The notes below the pieces were generated by a model. That model made no database searches, had not been told where the DNA came from, and saw nothing but the letters and a program-made list of their open reading frames with translations. Of a DNA stretch of 64,000 bases, positions 38,596-58,839 are shown piece after piece (the stretch's first letter is position 1; every line of letters starts with the position of its first letter). Source of the DNA: the human T2T-CHM13v2.0 reference genome, Homo sapiens; NCBI RefSeq assembly GCF_009914755.1, contig NC_060939.1; one strand, written 5' to 3'. The translations under genes and the position numbers were made by a program.

Positions 38596-39964
38596 CAGGA
38601 TCTGGTTTTAGAAAGATAACATAGGCAATGAAAGCATTTTTATTTTTAGAAAAAACCTTTATGAGTTAAACCAATTAATAAATGCATATGTGAATTAAGA
38701 ATGCTATTTGTGCAACATCCGAAAAGTAGTGCATGTAGAAGGAACTTGAAATTGATCGTACTCTAAATTTGATTCGTTCGACTTTGGTCTTCACCTAAAT
38801 CTGTATTTATGTAACGTTTTATCATTAGGATTTCTTTGAAATAGGCAGTAGAGACAATTTTAAAGTACTTAGTTGTCTTTAACCATCAATTTCAGAAGTA
38901 GTATTAATTGCCACTGCACTTTTTGCTAGATGTTTATGACTATATTTCCCCTTCCATGTTAAAAATTGTGCAACTCCTGTTACTTTTGATTCCCTCTACT
39001 CTTGGTTTCAGTAGTGTCACATGAAAAGAAAATTCCCTAGAACCCTTCCTTCAGAGTTTTCTGGTAAGTCTTCATTCTTAGCTATGAACTTCTAAAATTC
39101 GTCAAAATGAAGAAACCACCTTTTTATTTTTCAGCTTTTCTTTAGATCAAGCAAACAAAACAAACATAAATCCTTTGAATATTAACTAATGATGGAGATA
39201 TCAGTAACTCTCATAGGACTGTTGTAAACGTTCCTATTTTTGAAAACTTAATCTCTTTTTTACCTTTTTTGCTATTCACTGCTTTCAGTTTACCCGCTTT
39301 GGTTGCCGGGTTAATTTCACCAAAACACTCCTTTCATTCTGTCACTCCTATCTATAAAAACTTTGAATGGCTTTCTATCGAAAACTGGATAAAGACTTAG
39401 TTCTCAGTCTAGTATTCAAGATTTTCTATTGTCTGGCCCCATTCCACTTTGTGTGTGTGTTTTGTCTCTTCAGCTGTATAGCAAAAGCCCTTAACTTAAA
39501 GCCAGAGCTGTTAGTTTGCGTCTTTTTGTTGGCTGGTGTTCTGTTTGTACACCCCCCATTCTCCCATCCCTACCCTGTGGACACAATAGGTGTTTTTAAT
39601 ATACATGTGTCAGATGAACAAATTATGTTTAAGATTTGTTTCTGTCAGAGACTGGGGCCTGATACTCTTGTCTATAAGACAATCTAAATTGAAAATATTT
39701 TTAGGGTCATATCTTCGCTCTTTTTTCTTGCTGCTGCTTAGATGAACTTGAATAACATTAAATCCAGAATAATTTATCAAGGGCTGTTTTAGATTTACCT
39801 TTTACATTATTTTAAGTTATAGAGATAATAAGTGACTACACTTCTCATTGTAATGATCTAACAGTAAATAGGGTAAAAATGGAAAGACCTCATCATCTTC
39901 ATTCTTAGAGGGAATCATTTTGGTGTATATCTGTGTATTCTTATTTGGGTGGGCAGGGGGAGGT

Positions 39965-40260
39965 GACAGCTTTATTGAGATAAAATTAACATATCCCATT
40001 ACAGTTCACCTCGTTAAAGTGCACAGTCAGGTAGTTTTTGGTATATTCACAAAGTTGTGTAACCATTAACCACAATCAGTTCTAGAATATTTTTTCACCT
40101 CGAAAAGCAACCCTACATCCTTTTAGCATCATCCCCTTCCCAAACCTTACCTCACTCTTAGCCCTAGGCGACTGATAATCTATTTTGAGTCTCTGTAGAC
40201 TTGCCTATTTTGGGCATTTAATATAAATGGAATAAAAATATGTCACTTTTTGTGTCTGGT
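39965..40260 (-). mobile_element. L1MB-type 3' end fragment
   Basis: cagctttattgagataaaatt...tattcacaaagttgtgtaacca...ttgcctattttgggcattt. Confidence 0.75.
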
Positions 40261-41302
40261 CTTGTATTCATTTTTTTCTCTGCATGGGCATTTAAATGTG
40301 TATGTCTGTATAATATTTTTAATTTATTGTGTGTGTGTATGTCTAGATGAGAACAAAACTAGGCACATAGAAGGAACTTAAGTGAATGTACATGTACATA
40401 AATATCTTTTCTAAAACTGTGAGACCATACCATATGTAGCATCCTACAGTTTGCTTTTTTTTACAATAGATAGTGAAGATCTTTCCATGACATGTCCAGA
40501 CAATGAGATGGTCTCATTCTTTTTAACAGTGTGTAATATTTCCTATGTATGTTTATAGAGATTTACCTCTTGAATTTATCAGTGTATATGGTTAAAAGTT
40601 CTTAACAACTTGTTTTGATGGTTTTGCTATACACTACTGGTTTTTTTAAAAAATAATTGCCACATTTAATGTAACCTCTGTAGTATTAATGCTGGAGTTT
40701 CACTTAACAATAGGAATGAAAACATCACAGGTAAGGGTTGTATAGCTTGAGGAGAAATGGAATGCAGGGTCTTTATGCAGTTCTGGCAGTGCTCAGCCAA
40801 AGCAATTCATTTTGTATTTGGGTTTCTGAATGTGAGCAAGCCTGTTTTTAAAAAAGCTCATGGCATAGTGCTTAAAATAGAACTTAACATGCTATCTTGT
40901 GCTTTATGGTGAATTTTAAGACTTTTTCTTGCAGTCATGCAAGTCTAATCTTAAAGATTGGAAAGATTTCAGAGTAAATATTTTTTCTCATATGTTAAAA
41001 TCATCATTCTGGTCTATGGGCTTCTGTAAGTTACCCAAGAAGGGGACTGAAGAGGCACAGAACTGGCTCAGAAACTGGCTTATAGTAGATTCTCAGTAAT
41101 TGTTATTTATTAAAGAATTATTTATCACATTCTGTTATTTATTATATTTTTGGGTATCTGCTGTGTATGAGGTACCAGGTTATTGGTGATTTTAATATAT
41201 TATCACATATGTGTGTATATTTATTTAAATATTTCTGTTATAGCGGAATGTTTACTAAAAATTATCTTTTTAAAAATTATACAAGTAATGCATCAGTTCT
41301 TA

Positions 41303-42809
41303 CAGAGGTTTTCAAAGTCTATTTCTCAGGCCTCTGGTGGTTCCCCGAAGTTTTTCTGAGGGTTCTCCAGGTCAAAATGATTTTCCTAATAATAGGCATT
41401 ATTTACGTGCTGACATTTGCAAAATCAGTGGTGGGTAAAACTGCCAGCACCTTGGCACAAATTAAGGCATTGGTACTAAATTGTACTAGTAGTTGTGTTC
41501 TTCATCACTGTGCACTTGGAATTAAAAAAAAAAAATGCCAGTTAAACTTTATGTCCTTGATGAAGCAATAAAACTTACTAATTTTATTGTATCTCAATCC
41601 TTGAGTACATTTAAAAATATATTTTGTATGATGAAATGAAAAGTACCTGTAAAACACTTTTATTGAATATCAAATCTGATGGTTAACTCAAGGAAAAGAA
41701 CTTGTGCAGTTGAGTTGTGAGCTTTTTAAATGGAATACCATTTTTACTTGAAAAAATGGCTGGCAAAGTATGGTTATACAGACTAGGGTATTTGGCATAC
41801 ATTTTCATGAAAATAAACAAAGTGTGCCTGTCACTACAGGGAAAACAACTGACAATATTTGTTACTAATGATAAAATTTAAGCTTTCAAATGAAAATAGA
41901 ACTTTGGAAGACATGTATTTGCCACTGTGAGCTTGACAGTTTCCCAATACTTGACTTTTTTGATAAGATCAGTGTGATATTAATGAATGTGTTATGTTGA
42001 AGTTGCATAGTGAAATATGTCAACATTTGGAAGAACTGCATAACTCAGTGAACTAATATTTTCCAAATAACCAATGCATGATATTACAAAATCATGCCTG
42101 GATAAAAAGATCCATTGGAAATGGAAGATAGACCAATGAATTTCAGTTTATCAGAGTGGGAAATATTCATTGATACGGTTTCAGATTCCTGCGTTGCAGC
42201 AGCCTTTAAGAACCTGCCATTTGTTGTGTTTTGGTGAAGGATCAAAGAATATCGAAAGTTATCTGAAAAGGCTAGAGCATTTTAATAAAAATACTCTATT
42301 TTTTCCCAACTCTATAGAGCTTCATAAGGCTAGATTTCCTTTATATTCTTCATCCAAAACAATCTAATACACAGATTGAATGGAAAAGTAGATGTGAGAA
42401 TCAAGATGTCTTTATTAAGCTAGATGTTAAAGAGATTTGCAAAAATGTAAAACCATGATAGTCTTCTAATTTTTATTAAAAATATTTTTTAAATATGAGA
42501 TTTATGTTAACAAGTAATGGATTAATTAATTAATTTGTTTTTTGAGATGGGCTTTGCCATGTCGCCCAGGCTGGTCTCGAAGTCGGGGGCTCCAGTGATC
42601 GCCTGCCTCGGCCTCCCAAAGTGTTAGGATTACGGCGTGAGACACCATGCCCAGCTATTATTTTTTTTTAAATGACAAATCTTTTAAAGTTTTCTGCTTT
42701 AACTGCAAATACAGTAAATATTGATAGATTTAATCGACATAAAGTTTTTTTGCGGGGGGGATGGTCCTCCACTTTCAAGAGTCCCAAGAGCAAAAACTTT
42801 GAAAACTTG
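41303..42809. mobile_element. Charlie1-like hAT DNA transposon with an inserted Alu monomer (~42535-42655)
   Basis: TIR-like ends cagaggttttcaaagt and actttgaaaacttg; internal gactagggtatttggcatacatttt and tatgtcaacatttggaaga. Confidence 0.8.
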
Positions 42810-42919
42810 ATCTTTTTTAAAATTTAAAATTTACAGTACAGCAGTGCCTAATTTAAAATGGGACGATCCCTTTCACCTTCCCACTCATGGTATTTTTTAT
42901 AACTTAAAAGGAAAAATAA

Positions 42920-43529
42920 GGCTGGGGGCAGTGGCTCACACCTGTAATTCCAGTGCTTTGGGGGAGACCTAGGCAGGCAGAGTGCTTAAGCTCAGGGGTT
43001 CCAGACCAGCCTGGACAACATGGCAAAACCACATCTCTACCAAAAATACAAAAAATTAGCTGGGCATGTTGATGCGCACCTGTGGTTCCAGCTGCTTGGG
43101 AGGCTGAAGTGGTAGGATTTTTTGATCCTGGGAGACAGAGGTAGCAGTGAACTGAGATCCACTGCACTCCAACTGGGTGACAGAGTGAGACCCTGTCTCG
43201 AGAAAAAAAAAAAAAAAAGAAAAAATTTATTTCTAGTGATCTCTTACAAGGCAGTTTGCTAAGCAGAGTTATTTAATTAAATCCTGCATCTCTGTAAGTA
43301 ATGCTAAACGGTAGTAGCTTGCATTGCACTGAACGAATGTGCTTGAAGTACTTTTTTTTTTTTTTTTTTTTTTTGGAGACAGGGTCTCCCTCTCTTGCCC
43401 AGGCTGGAGTGCAGTGGTATGATCATGGCTCACTGCAGCTTCGAACTCCTGGGCTCAAATGATCCTTCCACCTCAGCCTCCTGAGTAGCTAGGACTTCAG
43501 GTGCTTGCCACCATGCTCAGCTGACTAAA

Positions 43530-43565
<36 letters not shown>

Positions 43566-44029
43566 GAGATAGGGTCTTGCTGTGTTGCCCAGGCTGCTCT
43601 CAGACTCATGTGATCCTCATGCCTCAGCCTCCTAAAAGTGTTGGAATTCAAGGTGTTGAGCCACTGCACCTGGCTTGAAGTACTTGTAATCAGTAATGGT
43701 GTGGGAAATATATAACTTAATTTTTTCAAGGTTATGTTTTTTCTTTTTTCTTTTTTTTGAGACAGAGTCTCGCTCTGTTGCCCAGGTTGGAGTGCAGTGA
43801 CATGATCTCGGCTCACCACAACCTCCGCCTCCTGGATTCAAGCAATTCTTCTGCTTCAGCCTCCCGAGTAGGATGCGCACCACTGTGCCCAGCTAATATT
43901 TGTGTTTTTAGTAGAGATGGGCTTTCACCATGTTGGCCAGGCTGGTCTTGAACTGCTGACCTCAGATCATCCACCTGCCTCAGCCTCCCAAAGTGCTGGG
44001 ATTACAGGTGTGAGCCACCATGCCTGGCC
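42920..44029. mobile_element. Alu cluster: AluJ + (42920-43225), AluJ - (43352-43675), AluS - (43737-44029)
   Basis: Three Alu dimers; the middle one has TSD tgaagtactt and an expanded central T run. Confidence 0.88.
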
Positions 44030-45710
44030 TGATTGCTTTTTCTGTAGTAAAATATAAGAATCATATGAATAAATGAAAAATTCCCTAACTTAATATTAGC
44101 CAAGAACTTCCTCTCCAGCAGAGCTTAGCTCTTACCAAATATATATGATTGATTTGCATTCTACCTATTTTGTTTTTTTCCTTTCCCTTTTGTGGGATAA
44201 ACTTGAAACAGGACCTAGAAATTGTAAGACTCTGAATGCTTTTCAGTTTCTTTCTGCATTTCTTTAGAGTGGTGTGTGAAAAACTTCAGCCTTTGTTCCT
44301 TAAACATCTTTCCCCAGGGTGTCAAAGTAAGACTGGAAAAGGAATATTTTTGTCCCAGAAGTTATTCTAATATGTGATTTCAAAATCAGGTAGCATCTTA
44401 AAGGTTAAAGACCTTTAAAAAAAAAGTATAGTATTTTGTGTCTAATTGAATCATAATCAGGGAAAAGAACATGAATTTTAGAATTGCCATTAGTCTTCAC
44501 CTCTGAATTTAGATAGTCCCAGGAATGAGATTAATGGTCTTCTAAGTGTGAGTAGGTCTGGTCTGTCCATTTTTTCCCGAGAGGAATTCTATAATCTCTT
44601 GTTGAGGCTACTTACCTGGCTGATAATGTTTGGGGAACAAGGCAGGATAAAGGTGTCCCACTTATGAGTATGCAGACTTTGCTTAATCTCCACTTTTAGA
44701 TTTGTGCCTCACCCTTGATCTTAGTTCCATGCTGGTCTGAGTCTGGAGCCTCTCTGGTTCAGTTGTTCCAGTAATCCTCTGGCCTCTTGTGTTACGAGAG
44801 GCTAGTGGGCATGGTAGGGAAGTTGTCTCATGGATATTTAGTTAGAGGAGACCTGAGGGTGTAACCATCCTGTATGTTCAGATTTTCTAACAGCCCCCTT
44901 GTACCTTGCCCCCTGTGTTTTTAGATATGCTTGCCTTTCTTTAGTATTCCCCTCTCTAGGCATTTGTAGGTTGTAGCTTCCTCTTCTGATTTAGTTACCA
45001 CTGCATTGCCTGCTTTTCATCATCAAAAAGTTTGTTGAAATTTCTAGTTGGTTATTTTTTTTCTTTTTGTCCTTGTGGATTAAAGATTTTTCTTTTTTTC
45101 TTCCCTCACTGTCATTTTGTTTCTCTTTATGGGGGGAATATGGCAGACATTTGTATATGGTGAATTCATATTTAACTGGAGGTCATTGTAAACTTTCTGT
45201 GAAGCTTATAATACAAACTATATTAATATATAATAATGATTCTTAAATAGATGCCTATGTTGAATTAAGATTTATATTGAGTGGTAGTAGAAATCGTGTT
45301 ATTTTCTAAGAGAAAGCTAGGTTGCTTTTTTAAAAAAAATTAAATTATATACAGCGTAGTATGTATAACCTTATAGAAAAATGTGTAACTTATAGACAGG
45401 TAGTAAAACAAACATCAAGCCTAATAAATAGAGCATTCTAAAACCTTGAGGCCTTCCTTTATGCACCCTCATCCTCTCTTCCCCATTTCTTCTAGGTAAC
45501 TTGTATCAATAGTGTATTTTAAAGGTGAAAACTAGGAGTGAAACAGTAGTTTTGTATATTATTATTTGTAATGTTGTCTTAAAACCATTGCATCTAATAT
45601 TTTATATCATAGTCTTGTAAATTTCCAAATTTACTGTAGCATTCTTCAAAGAGGAGGATTCCGTAGGAGAAGGTGGAGAGGAAAGTTTTGGAGACCTGAA
45701 AATATGTATA

Positions 45711-47514
<1,804 letters not shown>

Positions 47515-48176
47515 TTATAGAGAGCAGATGTTTTAATAATTAGGAAGAACTTTATTTTGGGAAATGTTTTCTGGAATATGAATTAACAATGTTAAATGCA
47601 TTGTTAAAGTTTAATAGTCATTTGTTGTATATATGCTTCCTAAAGGTAGTTTTTGGAGGAAGGAGATGTGGGAGGAGCAAGGAAAAGATATGAAAGAGTT
47701 ATTGTAGGAAGTTTGATTGCTGGCTCACTGGAAAGTTTAGTGAGATGCCTGTGCCCATTGAGATTGACGACTGTGGATGTAAAATAACATCCATCTGCAT
47801 GAGTGCATGCATTCTTTTCTCCTACAAAGTGGGAACTAGTTGAATGTGCCAGGCATGGAGGGACAATGGAATTTTGCAAAGAAATGTTTAGGGGCTAATG
47901 GATAGGGCATGACAACATCAATGAATTAGAGATCTTTGTGAATTGAATTCTTGAAATGAAGCAAGTAAGAAAAGGAGGTTGTAGTTGGAAAATGAAATGT
48001 TCGAGTTAGTGATTTTGAGGGTGGTGCAGGTTCTGCTGGAAATGTCTAAGATGTGGCCTCGGAAGTGGGTAGCTGAGGGTGGAAAGTAATGATGAGGAGT
48101 TAAGTTGGAGCCTGAATGGCCAAGGCAGGTACTAAAACTTTACTTCAGTGAATGACAGGATGACCTAGAAGATGGA

Positions 48177-48635
<459 letters not shown>

Positions 48636-48885
48636 TAGAGATATTACTGCTCATAAGTAGAATGGGAATTAGGTGGGAGGACAATTGTAGGGGTTTGTAG
48701 AACCCAGTGGCAGAATCCTTTGGGAGAGGGAGTGGACATTGAGGCTTATTTTCATTGAGTTGCTGGTGCTTTCTCTTCTGCTGTTGTTTGTTCTTGGAAT
48801 TAATGACCTTCTTTTCACCCCCGCCCCCCCGCCCCTACCTCCCTTCCCTCCATGGAGTGGCTAACCCCAGGGAGTTTGCTTCATT

Positions 48886-50932
<2,047 letters not shown>

Positions 50933-51059
50933 GAGGTTATATGTGTAATTTCTAATATATTTGCATTACCAATATGGTTTGTAATAATTGACAGGTGCCA
51001 AACCGTTGTTACTCATATTTATTAATGATGAACAAGACAGTCTCTATAGACAGAGCATG

Positions 51060-51860
51060 TATTTTGGTTAAGAATTGACAAGTAAACAGGGCCTCTCTAC
51101 ATATGGCATAAGAGCGGTAAACTGAGTTAAACAGGAGAGCACATAAAAGCGTAAATTTTTTTAATGTTAGGAGTGGATTAAGGAAAATATCCCAAAGGTT
51201 GTGACATCAAAATTGAGAACTTACTGATTTGGAGTTAGCTAGTAAAAGGCTGGGATAGGAGGGGGGAGAAGAGCTTCTCCTTGAAAGAACAGCATATATA
51301 AAAGTCCTGGAAGATGGAGAGTTGGTTAAAAGATTGGTTACGGTGGTCATGCTAAGGAGATGGGGCCTCTGAGTGCAGTAGGTGATCATGGAAAAGTTTA
51401 AGCACAAGCGTGACATCATTGGATTTATATTTTAGAATGATCACTGGCAATAGTGAGGAGAATGACTTGGAGAGGATAATATTGGAGGCAGGGAGAAAAG
51501 TTAAGAGTCTCTTGCAGACTCTGAATTAGAGTGGTAATAGGGACTAAGATATTTTAAGGTGTTAAGATTGACAGGACTTGGTAAATAGATTGGAGGTGAA
51601 CAAGAAGATGGTGTAGCAGCTTCTGGCATTGACGGGTGATTAGGTGGATGGAAGGTTTGGAGAGAGTTGATGTGTTAGATTCGAATATGTTGAGTTGATG
51701 ACTCTTGGGATATAAGGAGAGGTGTTTAGCAGATGTGGATTTGGAGTTTAGGAGACCAAGGTTAGGCTGGAAATAAAGATTTGGAAATTGTTAATTTAGA
51801 GATAGCGTTTTGAAGTTACGAGTGGATGAGATCACTCAGGAAGACTGAGCTGAGTGAAAG
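51060..51860. mobile_element. L2 fragment
   Basis: ttttagaatgatcactgg...gacaggacttggt...ggctggaaataaagatttggaa...gagtggatgagatcactcagg. Confidence 0.65.
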
Positions 51861-52680
51861 GATTACTTTAGACTTAGGATTCAGTGATATTGTTCTTCTT
51901 CTGTCATAGAGTTTATCTCTACTTTTTTTTCCTTTTTTAAAAATTAAATTTAAAAAAATTTTATTTTTAGACAGGGTCATGCTCTTCCGCCCAGGCTGGA
52001 GGCTTGATCTGCTGGGCTCAAGCCATCCTCCCACCTCAGCCTCCTGAGTAGCCTCCCAAAATGCTGGGATTACAGGAAGTAAAATAACTTTTATTTTTAA
52101 ACTTTTAAGAACATTGGCTGCATTGAGTATTTGGAGAAGTACTCTGGAATTTGATTAGCTATATGTTCAAGGAATGGTATTAAGAATGAGTTTTCAGTAA
52201 TTGTTCTTTTTGACTGATTATGATAAACCTCATATTTTATTTCACTTTCTAATGTCCACAAAAGATAAAAGACTTTTTTTATAAAACCATAACCACAGAT
52301 CATTTCTTCTTTTGGCTAGTTTATGAATTGTCCTTTAGACATGGACAATTAAACTTTTTTTTTCTTTTTGACAGAGTAAGTTGTAGATAGATAAACTTTG
52401 TTTTTCTCTTTTTGTGCTTTTAAAAAAATTGCTTCTTATCTGGAACTTTAGCATTCCTTTTTTTTTTTCTTTTTGCTTTTTTGTTTAATGTTTTGGATAT
52501 GTTAAAATGGATGCTAAAAAGTATAGTCTGTTTGGGTTTTTAGCCTCAGAGTTTTGTGAGTAGCTCATTTTCCTTTTCCATAAATTTCACGAAGAATGTG
52601 TAATATGTTTTCATGAGCCTCACCTTGAAAATGAATTTTTATGTACATTAATGGAATTTTTGAAAGAAAATAAAAACATT

Positions 52681-54145
<1,465 letters not shown>

Positions 54146-57080
54146 AGATTGGGGAATCCTAGGAGAAAAGAGTCATCTTAATCGCAAATAGTTGAATAAT
54201 CTTCATTTGTAGCCTTAAATTTTATTGTTACTTGGAGGATAATCTCTTATGATATGCTCAGGGCCCTAGAGAGTTGACACTGTCATATTCCAAGTTCTTA
54301 AGGATGACTTGGGTGAATATTTAAGGGCACAATTCTCAGATTTTATATATGACACGGAACTGGAAAGGGTGTGTTAAGATTATAAAAGGAAGAGGAATTC
54401 ATATCATCATCTGTTGGGCACTTACTTGGTGTCATTAACTATACTTGCATAGGGGATATGGAGATGAGTGTTTACCCTTGAAAAACTCAAAATCTATGGG
54501 AGGACATAAACTGGAAAATCAGTGTTTTACCACATTTCGTGATAATTGTACAATAGAGGGGTGTAGGATACAATTTTTCAAAAGGGGTTTGAAAGGCTGG
54601 AATGAAGAGCTGAAAAACATGAAGTTTAATGGCATGAAACATTACGTTCTACTTTTAAATTAAAAAAATTGTATTCGAGGATGAGGTGGTTTGACTTTAT
54701 ACTGTAGCCATTTATGTGAAAAAGATAGAATAAAGGTTTTAGTTAACATAAGCAACAGGATGATGTGGATGCAGCCCCCTCCCTGCTGAAATAAAAGAAT
54801 AACACATACCATACATCCCCTCTTGTCCAAATAAAACAAACCTAAAACGTGAATGACTTGTTAGGTTATATTGGTAAAAATACCATGTTCATATTAAGAG
54901 GGATAGTAATACTGCTGTGTTGGAGACTAGTCACACCATATCTAGATTATTTCATTCACTTCTGAGTACTATGGACTGCAGAATGCTTGAGAATGATCAG
55001 GAGTGGGAAGGGGTCTAGCTAGTTGAAGGAAAAGAGTCCTTTTAACACATTTTAAGCATTTTAAGAGTCAATTTTGGTATACCAAGAGGACGAAATTTTA
55101 GAGCCATTGGGCGGACTTTAAAGGGAACTTTCAATTCCTAGAGCTTTTCGCTAATGTGGGCAGCTTTTAAAGGTTGTGAACTCTTAGAAGTGTTTTAGCA
55201 GAGGCTGGGGGCCCAGTCAAGAAAGTTGGAGTAAAACTTCATATATTAGATGGAGTTTTAGACAAGAAGATCTTTAAGTTCTGTTTTTGATACTCTGTTG
55301 CTGTTATTTCCAAAAACATTTTCATACTATGTGATAGTGTCTGTAGTTGTTATTACCATGTAGCATTGTGTGGACATTGGCATTTGCCTTTTGAGTCTGA
55401 GCTCCACTACTTGCTAGCTCTGTTACCTTCAGTAGGTTACTCCTGTTACTCGGAAATAGTTCAGTACCACCCCTCTAGGACTTTTCCTTAATCTCTATAC
55501 TAGGACCCAGACTGAAGGCTGTAATTTAGACTCTTTAGTTTAGAAGATGCATTCTTGTCACTTTTTGTTTTGTTAATACGTGTTTCTTCTTTTAGGCTTT
55601 TCAGCTTTCTCTCAGATAGGGTATACTGTTCATTGTCTCTTGTCTTATCTGAAACTTAGATCATCTAATTGCAAATGCAGTGTTTTGTTTGTTTTTGGTA
55701 AGGGGACAGTTAGGAAAGAATAATCATCTTTTAGAATTTAATAGACTTAAAACTTCTTAAAGCCCTACTTAGTATTTTTAAATTCTAGATTTTATTTGAA
55801 AAGTGAATGATGATTGTTCTCATGATCAAGTACAGTACTAATTTTTAAAAGACCTACCTGTTTGTAGAATATTGAACATGGCCTGTAGTTTTTCTTTGCA
55901 GTATTTCTTGGTCCTGTCTCCTGTATTTCCACTGCACAGTTCCTTCTTACCTTACATGTAGATAAATCCTGCGTGTTGCCATGTCTTTTAGCCAGAAGGT
56001 TTATTTCTTAGTTTTTTTCTTATTTCAGCCATCCTATTGGTGGTTACTTCGGTAACTTCCTTAAGCACTATTTCAATTACATCTTTACTGCCTCTAAAAT
56101 ATGCATTTATTCCACTGCCTGCTCATGTTATACTGTATAAATTCCTTGACTGTCATTTAGTGCCCCCGTCACCCATTTCCTGTCCGTGTCTCAGTGTAAC
56201 ATATACTCAGCTCTGGCTGAGCTTGTGATAAGACATTGTATTAGTTATGAACTCTGGAATCAGGTCAGATTTGAGCCCTATCTCCATCATGTAGTTACTG
56301 TGTGATTTTAGATGTAATGTCAGTTTTCTTATCTATACAGTGAGAATAATAATGCTCTGTCTTGTAGGTTCATATGAGGATTAAATAAGATAATCATGCT
56401 TACTATAATTAGTATGTTACTGGTACATTATAAGTATTTAATACATATTATGTTTTGTCATTTTTAGTCTGTCAACCCATGTAAATGACGCTAAAAATTA
56501 TGATTGAAAACATTTTTAATATAGAAAGATTTCACTAACTGTATGTATTGTATTTCCCCAACTGTAGAAGAGTAGAAGAATGAGAAGAAAATTTCATTTA
56601 ATACAGTTACAATGTTGAATTTTGAAATTTTAAGGAATCTTTGAGAACCTCTAGTTAATCCCTCTTTTTTTTTTTTTCAAAGTGAGAAAACAGAACCTGT
56701 AAGATTGTAATTTGGTAAATTAGTGGCCAAGTCAGTACCAGAATCCAAATTCTGTATTTGCCAGTACCATTATATTGTATTGCACATTTATTCAGCATAT
56801 TTTAGGTATTCAGTAACTTTTGAGAATTGAATTAATACGATGATTACGCATGTTTCTGAAGACTAGTTTATTTCTATGTGTTCATTGTTCCTGTCTTCTC
56901 TTCCTATACATACTCATTTAGGGCCTGTGCATTGATCCAAAAAGCATTTATTGAACATCTGTGTGCAGAGCAGCCTTTTTCTTAAATAAGAGCCATATTT
57001 TCCCACCTCTGCATAAGAAGTCTGGCAATGTGTTAGAAATTTGCACTCTAAATTTTAAAATTAAACTAAGCCCTTTAAAA

Positions 57081-57749
<669 letters not shown>

Positions 57750-58839
57750 GGATTTGTTATTTTTAATGTTCAGGTTATCGTCCAGAAGGAGCTTTTTGAA
57801 GGATAGAAGTTTCATGAAATGTGGTAGTATATAAATAAGGATGATGTTTAAATTATCTATCAAAAATTAAAGCCATGGTGTACCATTTCAACAGTGTTTA
57901 TACTTTGTTTAAAGAAGAATGGGATCTCTATTTATGTATAATTGCAATATTTTGTCATTTTGTGGGACCTCAATGCAGTCAATAAGATGGACCTGGAGAG
58001 GTGGAAGATAATTAACTAGAGGAGTAGGCACTACAGGTCATTTTCCGGTTGTCTTATGCTGCAAAATAGATAAAAGTTGAGAAATTGGGTGAAACAAGAT
58101 TATGGAGAAGTATGTAACCAACCTGATTTGCTGCTTTGAATAGAAACTGTCTAACTAGGTTTTCTGGTTGAATGGGGCATTGTTGACAGATTGCTAATAG
58201 CTGCTTATTAACAATTTGTAATGAGAAGATTTAGAAATCATCCAAAAGTAAGCCCCATTGAATGAAGAATCTGACTTTGAAAATAATAAAATACTTTTGT
58301 TGTTGTGTGCAAGCTTTAATGTGTGCAGTTACAGAATTTGTGATTATGCATTTGCTTTTGTGGATGAAAGGCAAAAGTATAAATGAAATATTATGACATT
58401 ATTAAATCCCTATTTTGTCTGTCTTTGGAATTCATTCTGGTTTACAATTCGTTATAAATTGATACCAGATAAAGACTCATAATATAGTCTGCTTAATGAC
58501 TAATCCTGTAAACCACTGCAGTGGGATGTGTGAACAAGAGTAATTATGTTGTTCAACAAGAAGTACCTAATTCTTATCCACAGTGTAGATATAACCTTCA
58601 ATAATGGAAGGTCACAGCTAATGAGACAATAAAACTGGCACTTTCTGTTTAGTTGCAAAAGCCTGTTTGCTTGTTGACGTTGTTTGAGTATTGTCTGTAT
58701 TTATCTTTCTCAGAACATGGCCCCTGCCTCTGTGTAGTTGGGACAGAGTTTGCGTACATATATATCTGTGTTTTTGTAAAGTTTTACATATCTGAAAAGG
58801 GGATTGAATAAAATGTTATTGTCTTGAATGTATTGAACC

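Noticed and set aside
41167-42367. ORFs within the Charlie element as a domesticated transposase
   Set aside because: Short and fragmented; the element is an internally deleted non-autonomous copy.
52354-52383. Pyrimidine tract + CAG + A + GTAAGT resembling a recursive splice site
   Set aside because: The donor is offset by one base from the AG|GT needed, and the tract resembles an Alu-tail stub (ttttgacagagt).
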